A DNA stretch of 64,000 bases from positions 868,001 to 932,000 of the forward strand of contig JAMWBK010000004.1 of NCBI GenBank assembly GCA_029953675.1, in the 5' to 3' direction. Shown here piece after piece: positions 11,761-24,300 of the stretch (position 1 is its first letter; the number at the start of each line of letters is the position of its first letter). The notes below the pieces were generated by a model, which was not told the DNA's origin, searched no databases, and was given only the letters and a program-made list of their open reading frames with translations. The position numbers were made by a program, and so were the translations under genes. This stretch comes from Rhodosorus marinus CCMP1338. Lineage: Eukaryota > Plantae > Rhodophyta.

Positions 11761-11968
11761 AAACGGCCTCGTAAGGCGTTCACAGTAAAGCTAGATGTGC
11801 CGACGAGGACACCGAATAGAGTGAATTCCTCTGGGTTTGCCAAATATCCTGAAATCACGAGGGAACCGTGACAGGAGTACACCTAACACCACCCCAGAAA
11901 TCACATTTGCGCTCTCCGAAAGCAGGAAATCCTGGACAGGCTTGTGCAGAAAGCCTTTGAGGTTAGTA

Positions 11969-12027
11969 CCAAGTGGGCTTGTACCAGTGACAAGTGGGCT
12001 TGTACCAGTGACAAATGGGCTTGTACT
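11969..12027. repeat. 21-bp tandem repeat (CAAGTGGGCTTGTACCAGTGA), about 2.7 copies
   Basis: Read directly from the sequence. Confidence 0.85.
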
Positions 12028-12299
12028 CATGCACAGAACACGCAGAGCGTGAATTTCACCATGCTAAGGCGGATGAGGTCGTGCCAAGGAGGGAGGGGGG
12101 GGAGAGGGGGCAGGACTCTCTTGAGAATTTTACGCTTTTTGTTAGCAGATTACTACCCATATTCACCTATCGAATGCTCCCTTGAAGCTCCACGTAGATG
12201 CCTTCTGTGTTCAGAGGGGTCCGGTAGAACTACCAGGTCTGGGACACCCATGGGTCAATCGTCAGTACCATAGATCTTTGTATTGACGGAAATTAGAGG

Positions 12300-13080
12300 G
12301 GGGTTCTTTGGAAGTAGGACTTGCTGACCCTTCTGGTGCTGGCGTGGTGGTTGACTTCGTGACCTTCCTAGCATGGGATATGAGCTCCTCTCCACCGACG
12401 AAATCCGCTGCAGGTTACGCCTTCGTTTGGGACTCCCGATACCTGGTCTTCGCACTACTCCTGAATTCACAGTCTGTGCCAAACCAAACGCTGCGGATGG
12501 GACTCAACGTTTATTCCACTGTTCTACTTCAGCGAGGAATTGGACTCTGCGCCATAACCGCATTCGTGTTAAACTCGCGCGTCACCTCCGCCGGTGGCAC
12601 CATCATGATCTTCAAGTCGAGCCTTTCGGGTTTTTGGAGGGTAGTCGTCTTCGACCAGACATTGTCGGTCGTCATCACCACACAGGCAATCAGTACGTAA
12701 TTGAAGTCAAGGTGGAATCCCCACTACGAGCCCACCTCCTCGTTCGAGCCGCATGTCAAACTGGTTATGCCGCAGCGATCGCTGAAGCCGGGAAACGAGC
12801 CAAATATCGGGATGACATCGCTGACCACAACGACTTTCAATTTGTACCCTTCACGGTTTGGTCGACTCGGGCAAGCGGCCCAAAACTTCATTGCCGAAAC
12901 TACTGCACATCTCGAGCACAAAGCGGACGCGCAAACGCTCATTCGCGTGGACATTAATCGAGAGCTATGCCGAGGCACGGCTCGCTTGGCGATCCACGCC
13001 ATGCGCAAAGATAATCATGTTCGGACGCTGTTCCCTGTAGAAAGGAATCTTCTACCCCACTCTGGGGTCTCCTTAGCCTG
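12300..13080 (+). mobile_element. Family D (relative of family C) restriction-like endonuclease region, frameshifted
   Basis: LRLRLGLPIPGL, zinc-knuckle remnant (FHC...LRHNRI), RPDIV...YVIEVKVESP (PD-(D/E)XK core), FVPF then FGRLG in the next frame. Alignable by eye with 29269-30306. Confidence 0.8.
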
Positions 13081-13084
13081 GTTT

Positions 13085-13760
13085 GATTGGCTTTATTGGC
13101 TTTATTAGCATTGACTTTATGAGCCAATGCTATGCTAATAAAGCTGGCGTTATTAGCATAGCCTACAGCGCTACGCAAGCCGTTAAAAGGAACTAAGAAC
13201 TAGGTAGGGAAGCGTGCAAACCCAGGCGCCGATGCCGCGCCTCGGCAAGCATGCTGCTCGAATATCGCACAGAGAGACACTTAAGCGCCGCAAGAGTTCC
13301 AAGTATTCAACAGGATGCTCAGTAAAACATTTCCGCAACCACTCCAAACCCGACTTCTCCACGTGACCAAAGCTTTCCACAATGAAAGGCTGGAACCGGT
13401 GGGAGCGGCCCTAAGCGCGAGGCAGGCTGGCCATACTCTCAGCATACCGTCGTTCCTTCACGCGGCGAAGGGCCGAAGCAGCTGCTCCCCGGTGGCGGGC
13501 GGCAGCCGTGAGATGGGCGCTTGCCACAGGGCATGTAATCTCGAGGTCAACATATGCTGAGCGTCTGGCGGCAGCATCGGAGACGAGGAGATCAGCGATA
13601 CAGCGGGGCGGCGGTGCCCTATCCGAGACAGATCTGGATAGTTCCGATTCCACCTCAACCGTATGCCCTACCCGAGTCAGAAATTCGCTGAGAATGTACT
13701 TGAAGCGAGTGTGACGCCTCGTACGAAGACCTCTCAACAGTCCACATGAACCTAAGAAGC
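13085..13760 (-). mobile_element. Family B 3' fragment (RLE domain) with variant tail AATAAAGCC
   Basis: RRHTRF, ADLLVSDAAARRSAYVDLEITCP, ESFGHVEKSG and the B 3' UTR. Confidence 0.9.
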
Positions 13761-13762
13761 CT

Positions 13763-16229
13763 GGCTTTTATTGGCATAGCCTGAAGCGCTACGCAGGGCG
13801 TGAAAAGGAACTAAGAACTAGGTAGGGAAGCGTGCAAACCCAGGCGCCAATGGCGCGTTTCGGCAAGCATGCAGCTCGAATATCGGCACAGAGAGACACT
13901 TAAGCGCCGCAAAAGTTCCAAGTATTCAACAGGATGCTCAGTAAAACATTTCCGCAACCACTCCAAACCCGACTTCTCCACGTGACCAAAGCTTTCCACA
14001 ATGCAAGGCTGGAACCGGTGGGAGCAACCCTAAGCGCGAGGCAGACTGGCCATACTCTCAGCATACCGTCGTTCCTTCACGCGGCGAAGGGCCGAAGCAG
14101 CTGCTCCCCGGTGGCGGGCGGCAGCCGTGAGATGGGCGCTTGCCACAGGGCATGTAATCGCGAGGTCAACATATGCTCAGCGTCTGGCGGCAGCATCGGA
14201 GACGAGGAGATCAGCGATACAGCGGGGCGGTGCCCTATCCGAGACAGATCTGCGTAGTTCCGATTCCACCTCAACCGTATGCCCTACCCGAGTCAAACAG
14301 TCGCTGAGAATGTACTTGAAGCGAGTGTGACGCCTCGTACGAAGACCTCTCAACAGTCTGCATGAACCTAAGAAGTGGTAACCACAAGCATCGATCCGAC
14401 TCTCACATCCCTGACAGAAATACGGCCGATTAGAGTGCCACGGAGCTTGTGGCAAACCCAGATAGTTCCGTGCCGCAGAGCGGAACTGAAAGGCATCGAG
14501 ACGGTGACCCAGTGACGAAGGCAGCGTGGTTAACCACAAGTGCGACAGGTTGCCTCCCATGCCGCGGAGGCGAGCGGTGGTGGTAGGCGGTGTGAGGGGA
14601 GAGTTGCGCAAGATTGCCTGAGCGGCACTGTGTTGGTCCCGGTTAGGCTAGTTGAATCATATCTGTGCGCGAGCTTCACAATCGCCTCATACGCGGGTAA
14701 TCTGGAACAGGTGACCCGGGGCTGGCTTACCCCTCGTCTGCGAGGATTCTGTCGATGGGAGAGTCCCAGTACGTCCCCATAACAGCTCTTTCCAGGAGCG
14801 GAACTTGGATCGGTTGTCGTCCGGCACGTCTTTGCACTTACTGAACACCTGTTTCAGAGCATCATAGATACTCAAAAGCGGTGGCGGAAGGGTCGCGGGG
14901 TCTTCGCTAGTCAGTGCTCTAGCCGAAAGGCAGGCACTTCGAATCCGAAAACTCACCAAGGCGCGAGACGCGGTAGCCCAGGAGGCGACCGCCGCCACCC
15001 GAAAAATGCCGTTTTCTCGCTCCGCGTGAAGTTTCAACGGGCTCCCTGCCATCTAGTCTCCGAGTCTTTGGTGAACTTGAGGGGCTCGAGCATCATGGCG
15101 TCGGTTTGGGGAGTGACAACTGCGTGCAAGACTCCTCCGAACGAGTTTTAGCACGCCTTAAGCAGCTCACTGACGCCATTGAGCGCCTACCGGACAGCAT
15201 GCTACAATCTCAGGGGTGCCCAGCAACGTCACGTCGTCCTGGTAGGCACAGATTCGAAGATCCGGCGACTCAGCCGCCAGTCGCAAGAGCACGATTTGCA
15301 AGGCACAGGCGTGAAGCACAGGCCCACAAGGATCACCCTGTTGAACGCCAGTACGTGCTACAAAAACAGAGCCCTGCGTTGTCAACTAAGGGAGGCTCCC
15401 CCTCCGTAAATACCGGATAGGAACGGCCACGCCTCCGGGAACACCCTTCGAATCACCTCCAAAGCATGCGTCCGCGAGACGGTGTTGAACGCGTTACGGA
15501 ATTCAACCACCAAAACGCCCCAATATGGCCTACTGGCTCGCTCGAGCTTTGATCGCATGAGTGATCAGTTCGCAACCCCCGGAAAATCCCACCCCTACCT
15601 GCCAAGGCGCCATAAAAGCTGTGACTCGCTGGCGTAGGCGCTGGCATAGCCACCTCCCGGCGAGCTTCCGTAGACTCTCGACCATGCCGATCGGCCGGAG
15701 ACGCGGGTGTGCCGGCTCGTGGTCAGGTTTCGTTAGCAAGCAAAGCTGTGCCCGTCGCAGATGGTCCCAAGGGGCAGACGCACCCCCTGCACCCTGGAAC
15801 AGCGTATTCAGGATCTTTACCACCGCGCTCTGGCCAGGCTTGCTCAGGGCCTGTAGTAATTCCGTTCGTAGCCCGGAGGGTCCAGGGCAGCGTCCACGAC
15901 GGGAGGTCCGGAGCAAATCCTCCAGATCAGACTCACGGAGCGTTAGGTCGATGCGAAACCTGGCCAACTCTGGACGGTCCAAAAGTGCCTCGAATTCGGG
16001 GAGCAAATCCACGACGGGAACAAAGCCGACATAGTCTGGTCGAGGCTCTCGTCGTACGGGAGGACAGGCGCCTGGCCCTCCAAGACCCGTGCCGCTTGAC
16101 TCAGGTCGCCAACCGCCACCAATTTCTGCACTCGAGTCGTCAGGGCCATACTGGTCCAGTCCGAGCCCGACGGACAGAGTGCTCCGATGACGCCAAGCAG
16201 CTTTGCTGCAACACCTCAAATTCCCCGTT
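13763..16229 (-). mobile_element. Family B copy with RT and RLE, internally deleted and carrying an inverted segment at 15055-15210
   Basis: RT motifs PGPSGLR, LRPIG, WQVGVG..GGCE, DFRNAFN, GVQQGDPCGP, YQDD. RLE knuckle CQGC...HFLGSC. Segment EHHGVGLG...MLQS reads on the plus strand. Confidence 0.88.
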
Positions 16230-16232
16230 CAG

Positions 16233-16452
16233 GGCTTTGCTAGCATAGCCTGAAGCTCTACGCAAGACGTGAAAAAGAACAAAGAACTAGGGAGGGAAGC
16301 GTGCAAACCCAGGCGCCGATGGCGCGCCTCGGCAAGCATGCTGCTAGAATATCGCCACAGGGCGACACTCAAACGCCGTAAAAGCGCCAAGTACTCAGTA
16401 GGATGCTCAGCGAAACATTTCCGCAACCACTCTAAACCCGACTTATCCACGT
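16233..16452 (-). mobile_element. Family B 3' terminal piece (~220 nt) lodged inside the N-terminal part of another B copy
   Basis: HVDKSGLEWL...LPSS, 3' UTR and GCTAGCAAAGCC tail, with B N-terminal coding sequence on both sides. Confidence 0.85.
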
Positions 16453-17750
16453 GACGGTGTCGCGAAGGTTACGCTCCAGGCTCGTGAAGATGAAGTCCAG
16501 GGTGGTCCCCGCCACTAAGAGCTCTCCGCGAGGTAGAACGACAGGCGGAATCCTGCCACGGAGGGGAAGCGAACCGCCTTCCAAAGAAATCCATCGCCGG
16601 AGCCAACTCCGCAGGCGCGTACGCCAGATGCCCCAGTCTCCGCCCTCCTTCAGGACATAAGACTGCAGGTCCATGGGCTGCGACCTCGCAGCCGTGCCCG
16701 GAGAGCCAATCGTGCTTCTTCCCCTTAGACCCGGGTGAGTCGGTCCTCGCTCGTTTGCCTCCTAACCTCACCAAACTGGTCAACCGGCCACTCCGCGAGG
16801 CTCGCGGGATGGCTCCCCCGGGCTTTAACCAAGTAATAGGGGCGTTCTCGACCGACATACCCTCCGGCTCCCCTTCCTCGCCACTCGCACTGGAAGTAGT
16901 GCTGGGAGCGAAGCTCTCTAATACTCCCAAACTCCGTAGCTCTCCCTTGTGACTGGAGGTCAGCACAAGGTGCCTCTCGCGGTCGAAAAAGGTAGAGGCG
17001 GCTGCGCGCAGATGGCGTGGACCCGACGCGAAACGCTCCGAAAGTATCCGCTCCATGCGATGAATGCGAAGCCAATGGATGGCTGCGGCTTTCACTTTGG
17101 TCTCGTGCTCAGAGAGCCCTGCTGTTTCTCCGGGAGAGAGCAAAGTGCCCGGAAAACGGTCGAACCCGAAATGCAGTACGACCTGGGGTTGAGAACGCAA
17201 CCAGCGGGCGCTTCAGGTCACTGCTCGGTAGGCTTCGCCAGTAGGGCCTGCAGGTACTTTGCCGCGTTCGCTGTGACCCTGAAGAGAACATCCCGACGCT
17301 CGTAGTTGGCAAATATGAAGTCTTCCCGACGGCAGCCCAAGGATTCCGCGAAAATGTTCCGGAAATCGCGCATGTTCGGCACCTGGCCACGGGTTGTCTG
17401 CGGCCAAACGTTCCGCCCCCACAAAAATTGCAAGGTCGTGTCCGTGGTTCCAACATTAGCCTCTTTCTGAGGCTAAAATCTTATCATTGCCGCCGTACGG
17501 GCGGTGGTGGTGCACTTGGGGCGATCACGCACTCCTGCCTGGGCCGGACGCTGTTGACCCACGGAGGGCCTGCCCAGGACGGGAAAGTCCGCTCCGGCTG
17601 AGGGAACATTCGAAGGATGAGGCAGCTCCGCACACCTCTCCGAAGAGGCGCCAGCCGCGGAACCATATTTGTCACCTCCAGATCCCAGGAGCCGCCTTCG
17701 ACTGTCCCGGGACCGGTTGTTGTTGATTGACCTGGGGAAGTTGACTGTCG
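16453..17750 (-). mobile_element. Probable 5' and N-terminal region of family B
   Basis: MDLQSYVLKEGGDWGIWRTRLRSWLRRW matches DLKGHVDQVGGDWGVWRPQFQSWIRRW at 41517. Further broken ORFs (16469-17200, 17218-17433) lie upstream. The outer boundary is uncertain. Confidence 0.6.
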
Positions 17751-18833
17751 CTTAGCCTAGCCCCTCCTGTTTAGCGCTACATTCGGTAGTTGGAATAAAC
17801 GGAAACAGTAAATCCATCTATAGTGGCGGCCGCAGTTCGATAAATGGAGAGCCCTGACGGGCTCTCCGACGTTGTGGAAATGGATACCTCGCTTTGAACG
17901 AAGCATTCAACACCCAACGAAGTTTAAGCGAAAAGCTTAGACAAAAAAAGATCATATTGATTGATATCTGTGCGTTGGACGTATCTATACATTACACGCG
18001 TACATAAAACCAATTAATTTGTTCTTACCATACAAAAACATAGACTACACGAAAAAAGCTAATTAAATAAATTTAAACAGTATATTTCAATCACAGCTAA
18101 ACTCTCTACAGACGGAAGAAAATTTAAATTAATAGATATATCCAATAAAATAACGATAAGTTGAAAAATATTATCGAATTAAATAACTGAAGAACAACGT
18201 TTGAGTTTAATAAAAGCAGCATATGATTAAATTACAATAATACAGGTATATTGTATCGTATGAATTAAATAAGTTACAGACTTAAGAAAATATAGATTTT
18301 CTGGATGAAGCGCAAAAACTTCAAAAAAAGAGGTAGCAGGAATTTTTGGCGATAACCGCTGATGGTGCGCCCATCAATGACGACTTGCCGAGAGGTTAGC
18401 CCGGCGGGGGGGGGGGGGAGGAATAGATGATAAAAAGAAGAGCTAAGAGCTTTAATATAAGCATGAAATCGAGGATAAGTAATGGATGCGGTCTGGGTAT
18501 TGAGTAAGGACCCGGTTTTTGTGGATTAGGAAGGGCGTTTGGAGGAGATCTTGGTCGCGTCCTAGGCACCGCCCATGGGTAGAAGGCTGCCATCACGAAA
18601 CCGTCTTACGTTAAAGTGCTGGGCACGGATTCTGCATTATGAGTACTGCATTCGGCATTGTGTAAGCTTGAAAGGGAGATTAGCGAGTGGTATCTTAATT
18701 AACTACTCGAAACGTTGACCAATTCGTCGGGCGAGGAGAGTATAAATCGGATCGAAGCTGCTATGAAGACTTGTGACGTTTAGAACACAGCGTTTGAAGT
18801 TCAAATTTGATAGTGGAGTTGAATTTTGTGAGC

Positions 18834-20417
18834 ATGGAGTTGAGTGTGAACCGGATTCTGTTGATAGTTGTGTGTTTCCTGGTCGCTCGATGTCGAGCGG
18901 CGGTGAGCTTGAGGGATACCTCACGGTTGTGGCCGTCTGAGGTGATCAAATTCGGTTTTGATGACAACGTAGATTCTGAGGCCAGAGATGATGTGGTGGC
19001 TGCCTTGCGTCACATTCGGAATGAAACCTGTCTCGGCTTCATATTCTCTCAGTCGGCGGTAACTGGACTTGTTTTCAGGTCGGATCTTAATAGATGCTAT
19101 AAGACCAAGATTGGATATCGCGGTCCCGGGAAACATTCTGTCTACGTAAACCGAGACTGCCCCGGATCTATTCCTCTCCGATCACAGGTAATACACGAGG
19201 TCGGACATGCCCTGGGTCTTGCTGATGAATATAACCGTCCTGATCGAAACCGATTCCTTCGGGTTCGCCTCAGCAACGTCGCCCAGTCGAACCGGACCAA
19301 GTTCAACAAATTATCGTGGAGGAAAGTTGATCCTCTCGAACAGGATTTCGACCGGAGTTCTATCATGCAGTATGGCTCCAATTTTCTCTCCAAGAACGGC
19401 AGGGAGACTATCTCCACTCTGAGCAACCCAGGCCTCATTCCTGGCACCACCCTCAGCCCCGGGGATGTGAAGAGTCTGATGATGATGTACAGATGCCCCT
19501 TCAGGGCTCAAAGCATGAGGCTTTCATTGGAGGTCATTGCACGAAAACGCCTTCAGAATGACGTTGTGGTAAGCTTTGAGGTCTCGGACACGACTCCGGG
19601 TCGGTTTCCACCGATCATCAGGTCGTCTGGCGCACCCCGTGGTTCAGGACCGCTGAAGCTGCCAGGGCCGATAGACTTCGGTGTGGGCACTTGGGTGGCT
19701 TTGAAGATCAGGGTCTCAAAGCTCAGTGACGATGCTACGGAAGTTTTCATCCCTTACTCGCGTTTACAAATAATTCACCGGGACTACGTTGTCAAGCTTT
19801 GTAGAACACCGTATAGCTGTTCGAGGTCGGTCTCAGTTAGAATCATCGCAGAGCCCGCGACGAACTACTGTTATCCCAGTCCGTGTATGAACGACGGAAG
19901 ATGTAGAAGCGGAGCCAATGATCCGATCTGCGAGTGCAGACCGGGTTTTTACGGGAAATTTTGCCAGAAAAGGTTCGGCTCTCTGAAGGTGGACGTGAAG
20001 CACGGAATGAATCTGAGGAGATTCGACGCTACAACGCCATCTGACCCCTTCGTCCTAGTGAGGGCCTACAGGGCGGATGGCACTTACTTAGAGAGGAAGA
20101 CGAGGACCATAATGGACAATGAGCTAAATCCGGTGTGGAATGAAACCCTGGAATTTGGAGTGGACTGGTGGGAGAAAATCATTCTCACCGTTTTCGACGA
20201 CAACACCTTCATCTACCCTCAGCCAATCATCTCAAACGAGCGCGTCTCGCTCATGAACTCTGTCTTCTCGATGGGAGGAACCCCAGTCGGGTTCAAAATG
20301 CACGATCAGCACCATCCCACGCCAAGCCAGTCCTTCGTCGAGTACACAGTCTCTTTCACTGCAGTCAGCGATAACTTTTCCCCTCCAGATGCCAACAAGA
20401 ACGTCATTCTGCCGTGA
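18834..20417 (+). CDS. Secreted astacin-family (M12A-like) zinc metalloprotease with EGF-like and C-terminal C2 domains (527 aa)
   Basis: Signal peptide from ATG 18834. HEVGHALGLADEYNRPDR zinc motif, Met-turn SIMQY, six-Cys EGF (CYPSPCMNDGRC...CECRPGFYGKFC), C2 motifs SDPFV, NPVWNE, VFDD. Intronless. Confidence 0.9.
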   Translation: MELSVNRILLIVVCFLVARCRAAVSLRDTSRLWPSEVIKFGFDDNVDSEARDDVVAALRHIRNETCLGFIFSQSAVTGLVFRSDLNRCYKTKIGYRGPGKHSVYVNRDCPGSIPLRSQVIHEVGHALGLADEYNRPDRNRFLRVRLSNVAQSNRTKFNKLSWRKVDPLEQDFDRSSIMQYGSNFLSKNGRETISTLSNPGLIPGTTLSPGDVKSLMMMYRCPFRAQSMRLSLEVIARKRLQNDVVVSFEVSDTTPGRFPPIIRSSGAPRGSGPLKLPGPIDFGVGTWVALKIRVSKLSDDATEVFIPYSRLQIIHRDYVVKLCRTPYSCSRSVSVRIIAEPATNYCYPSPCMNDGRCRSGANDPICECRPGFYGKFCQKRFGSLKVDVKHGMNLRRFDATTPSDPFVLVRAYRADGTYLERKTRTIMDNELNPVWNETLEFGVDWWEKIILTVFDDNTFIYPQPIISNERVSLMNSVFSMGGTPVGFKMHDQHHPTPSQSFVEYTVSFTAVSDNFSPPDANKNVILP

Positions 20418-21352
20418 GCTGATCGAGAACTGACTTCAAGGGAACTCTGCTCCGCTGTGGCTTCCCAAGATCGCCCCATCCAGCGATCTTTCCATTTTTA
20501 CCTTAAACCAATCAACTATCCCGGGATTCGACCAAAAACTTGGAGTTCTATTGGATGTTTCCTAATATATTGGTTTTATGATCTTTGTGATACTTAATAT
20601 AAATATAATAATATGATATCACCATTAATATATATTCACCCAATAATATTTGTTTTATGATTTGTAATATTCCATTTACGTAAACTACTAGGACATGGCT
20701 CTGAATTGTATATGAATAGATCATAATTATAATTGTTTTTGTTATTTATTAATAGATTATTGTGAAGAAAATGTGCGTGAACGTTTTCGATTGGCGAAGG
20801 TTTAACGGGAAATGTATGAGCCGGATACCCAGCTTTGCGAGCTGGATCAAAGGTTGGGTGGAGGAGAAGCTAGTTCCACGGCACGAAGGTTACTTGCATT
20901 TTTGGCGTGGAGCTCTGTCGTCGTGGGGACGGGTCGTTTCAAATTCATTCAAAGCAAGCTCTGAAAGCGGACACGGAAATCCACGCAACGGCTTGATAAT
21001 AAAGCAGAATCATCTCAAAGACCAGCCGTCATGTGTGTGTGCCAGACTGGAAAATTACTCCCGGTGTGATGGTCGGTTACCAAAGCTAGCGTCTAGCCCT
21101 GGTGATACTGAATAGATCTTTGCCACCACCATTCCCATATCAGCCGGGTACAGTCAAAAAAATTCCAGTCAATGTTTACTTCCATCCTCACAAACCAATC
21201 CTGGTTACTCCCCTCTGTGTCCCCTACTGTGCAAAGCACCGGACATCAGTCCTCATACTTTCCTCCTATTCCTATTTACAATGGACGGAATTATGTTTCC
21301 CTACACGCCCTACTGTATCCGAACTTGACGACGTCCCCCAGCGTCCGGATTC

Positions 21353-24300
21353 TCAACCATAAACTGCGTTTAGTTTCTTAACCTCAGATTTGTTGAAGAT
21401 AAACCATCGAGTGGGACCCGCACTCCTGTCGTCTTCCCAAAATTTGAATTTTGTGTTTCCCGGGGCCCTCAAAGCGTTCACGGTGAAGTTGGAGCCCACG
21501 ACGACGATTGCGCGAAGCGGGGATGGCCCGGAGACAGAGTCAGCGGAAACTTTGACCCCGGTTGGCATCGTAGAAACTGAAACTGTTGACGTCTGAGGCC
21601 GAATCTGCCTGGTTTCGACAAATGTCGTCTTATCGCTCAAGAATCCTGCTTGAAACTCTAGGTAGAAAAAGTCTCCGTGGTCTTGAACTTTGTACGAGCC
21701 ATTCGCCTTTTGAAGGATCGTCTGCTCCAAGTGCTCGTGGCAGACTGTCGCGCAGTGAACCAGCAACACGCGGAGATTGTACTCCTGCGGCGGAACTGGC
21801 GCTCCTCGGTAGTCGAAGCACTTCACGTTGTAGTTGATCGTATCACCAATTTTAAATGTACTAGGCATCCGTCCGAAGGAGCACTGACGCTTCTTGGTCG
21901 TTTGAGGCGCACAGTCAAACGTGGCGCTGGACAGCTGCGCAGCTCCCCCAGCCCCCGTCGCCCGTATCGTAATCTGATCCAAGCCCCTGACGTTGCAGTC
22001 CATGTTCTTTCCCGCACTGGGATTGACAGTTCCGCTGTTGCAAAGGACCCTACCAGAGACACCTTTGACGGCCACCGCAATATTTCTGGCGCCGTTGACG
22101 GCATCGACTCGCATTGTTAGCTTGGCGCATTTGCCGGGAACGAGGTAGTCCACTTCCGCTACCGGAACGATGTTAATGCGCTTGCCTTCTTCGATTTTGT
22201 TGAACCGACCGAGGGGCCTCACAGTCCTTCTGATGAGGTTGAACAAACCAACTTTCTGGCCCACCGCTTCTTCCAGCCGAGTCCTAAATGTCCGAACGAT
22301 GCCGCTCGTCAAGGGGTTGCCGTTCAAATCCTCTGCCCTCTTCCTGACCATCAGTTTGTACTCCGTATCTGCCAGGAGCTCCTGGCTAGGTCTGATGAAC
22401 ATCCTCCTCTGGTCGGCGCTGAATGAGGCTCGGAAACCAATGTCATATCCTCCCAAGGCTATGGGTTGCACTAGTTGAGCAGCATCCATTGTGCTCTGGA
22501 CGTCCATTGGCTCGCTAAACACAACCTCGATCGCTTGCTTCACACCGATCCGACCTGCCGGAAGCACTTGCTTGATTTTCGGATTGCTTCTATCGAAAGC
22601 ACCGCATCTAAACCTTGCGTCCGCCCAGCTTCCAATCCCAAGGGCCGGCTTCGTCCTTTCCGTCCGCTTAGTCACAAGCGCCACTACTTTGGCTCCCCTC
22701 ACGTCCACGTCTATCGACATCCCCCTTGCCGTTCTTGTTAGCGGTCTTGCGTTCCGGAATACCCGCTTCTGACCCTTCGAAGAACTCCACGTCCTCACCT
22801 CGAAGAACACCTCGACTGGTACGAACACGGTCCTGACATCGTCAACCCCGATCACAGCCTGCAGTCGCTTGCAATTCGGCGGAAGAGCCAATCTAACCAA
22901 TGAGTCCGCTACCACGGCTACGCCCTTGGCGAATTCTTCTCCCCGAATGGAGATCGGTGGAATCCTAGCAACGCCTTCAACCTCCTGCTGCCTGTCCCTG
23001 AGCACGTCAACCTGTTTCCTTCCGTTAACAGCCTCAAGCCATTTCAGGTCAGATACGAACCGCGAGAATCCAGTACCGGTTGTGAATCTCGACCTAAACG
23101 GGTTGCGCATCTTTCGGCCTTGGGTGTCCATCAAGTTACGTGACACGACAATCTCGTAGTCAGCCTTCGCTGAGAGCATTCCGCGGGGACTAATCACAAC
23201 GGAATGCGTGGAAGGCAGATAAGTCAGTTTGCTACGAACCAGCTGGTTCCTACTCCTGTTCCTCAGTTTTATGTTCTTCCCGTTGACAGCCTTCGGATTA
23301 ATTCTTTTCGAAAATTTTACTGTGAGCATGGAAGTTATCTCAACCTCCTTCGCGCCCTGCGGCGGGGTCATCTGAACGACTGTCGGGCGACTCTTGTCGA
23401 TTTGAAATCGCACCCTGAAGATCTTCTGAGCTCCAAGTGAGACGTAGTAGAGCCACCCATCGGGTCCTTGCTTAATCTGAACCACGCCAGCTACGTCAGA
23501 AATCATTGTTTGGGGCTTTCCTTTCATACCCCCGGCCTCACTGGGATTGATCAGTTTGATCCACCTGAAAGTGAAGTCCGCCACGGCAACCCTATTTCGA
23601 ATTGCTTGCGGCCACTTTGTGGAGTCGAGGCGAAGCGCGCCCGTCACAGCAGTCCCTTCGTTCCGGGCATAGATCCACAACGCCCGCTTCGTACCGAGCT
23701 TGCTTTTCCCCGTTCGGATGTCTGCACAGAGCTTATTGCCGTGCACTTTGATGTTGTCCACGTCCCCTTCTACACATGGCCAGCCAAAATTCAGACCCTT
23801 CATACCTCGGAATACAGCCTCCTTCGTCGCATATCCAACTTGGGGCACCAGTGGAGTCCTGAATACTCGATCGTAGCTGATTCGGAAAGGGTTCCGCAAC
23901 CCATAGTTCCATACCTTGGCTGCGTTTGGCCCTCCACCACGGAACGGGTTTGATCTACAGGGAGCACCGGTTCGGGTTATACATAAGATCTTACCACCCA
24001 TAAATTCGAGGTCTTGGGTTCGGAACGCGGTATCCTCAAAGTCGGGAGGGGCTTGAGCATCACCCAGTGATATGAAGATATTACCAGAGGGGCTCATAGC
24101 CAACCCACCCATGTTGTGGTGCTTACTATCCAGGCATATTACGTCCTTGCTGAAGATCGACTTGTTCAACCCGCAGCCCGTTGCGGGCGGGACTTGCTTA
24201 CCAATCAAGACGACTTCACCAAAGGCTCTAGTGAGATCTCTTGATACTCTGAAACGCACGATTTTCCCAGATTTTACACCGTCATCGGGGGTGTTGAGTC

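Noticed and set aside
17846-17867. Hairpin GGAGAGCCC-TGAC-GGGCTCTCC as terminator or Helitron end
   Set aside because: No U-tract or correctly spaced CTRR, and the context is eukaryotic.
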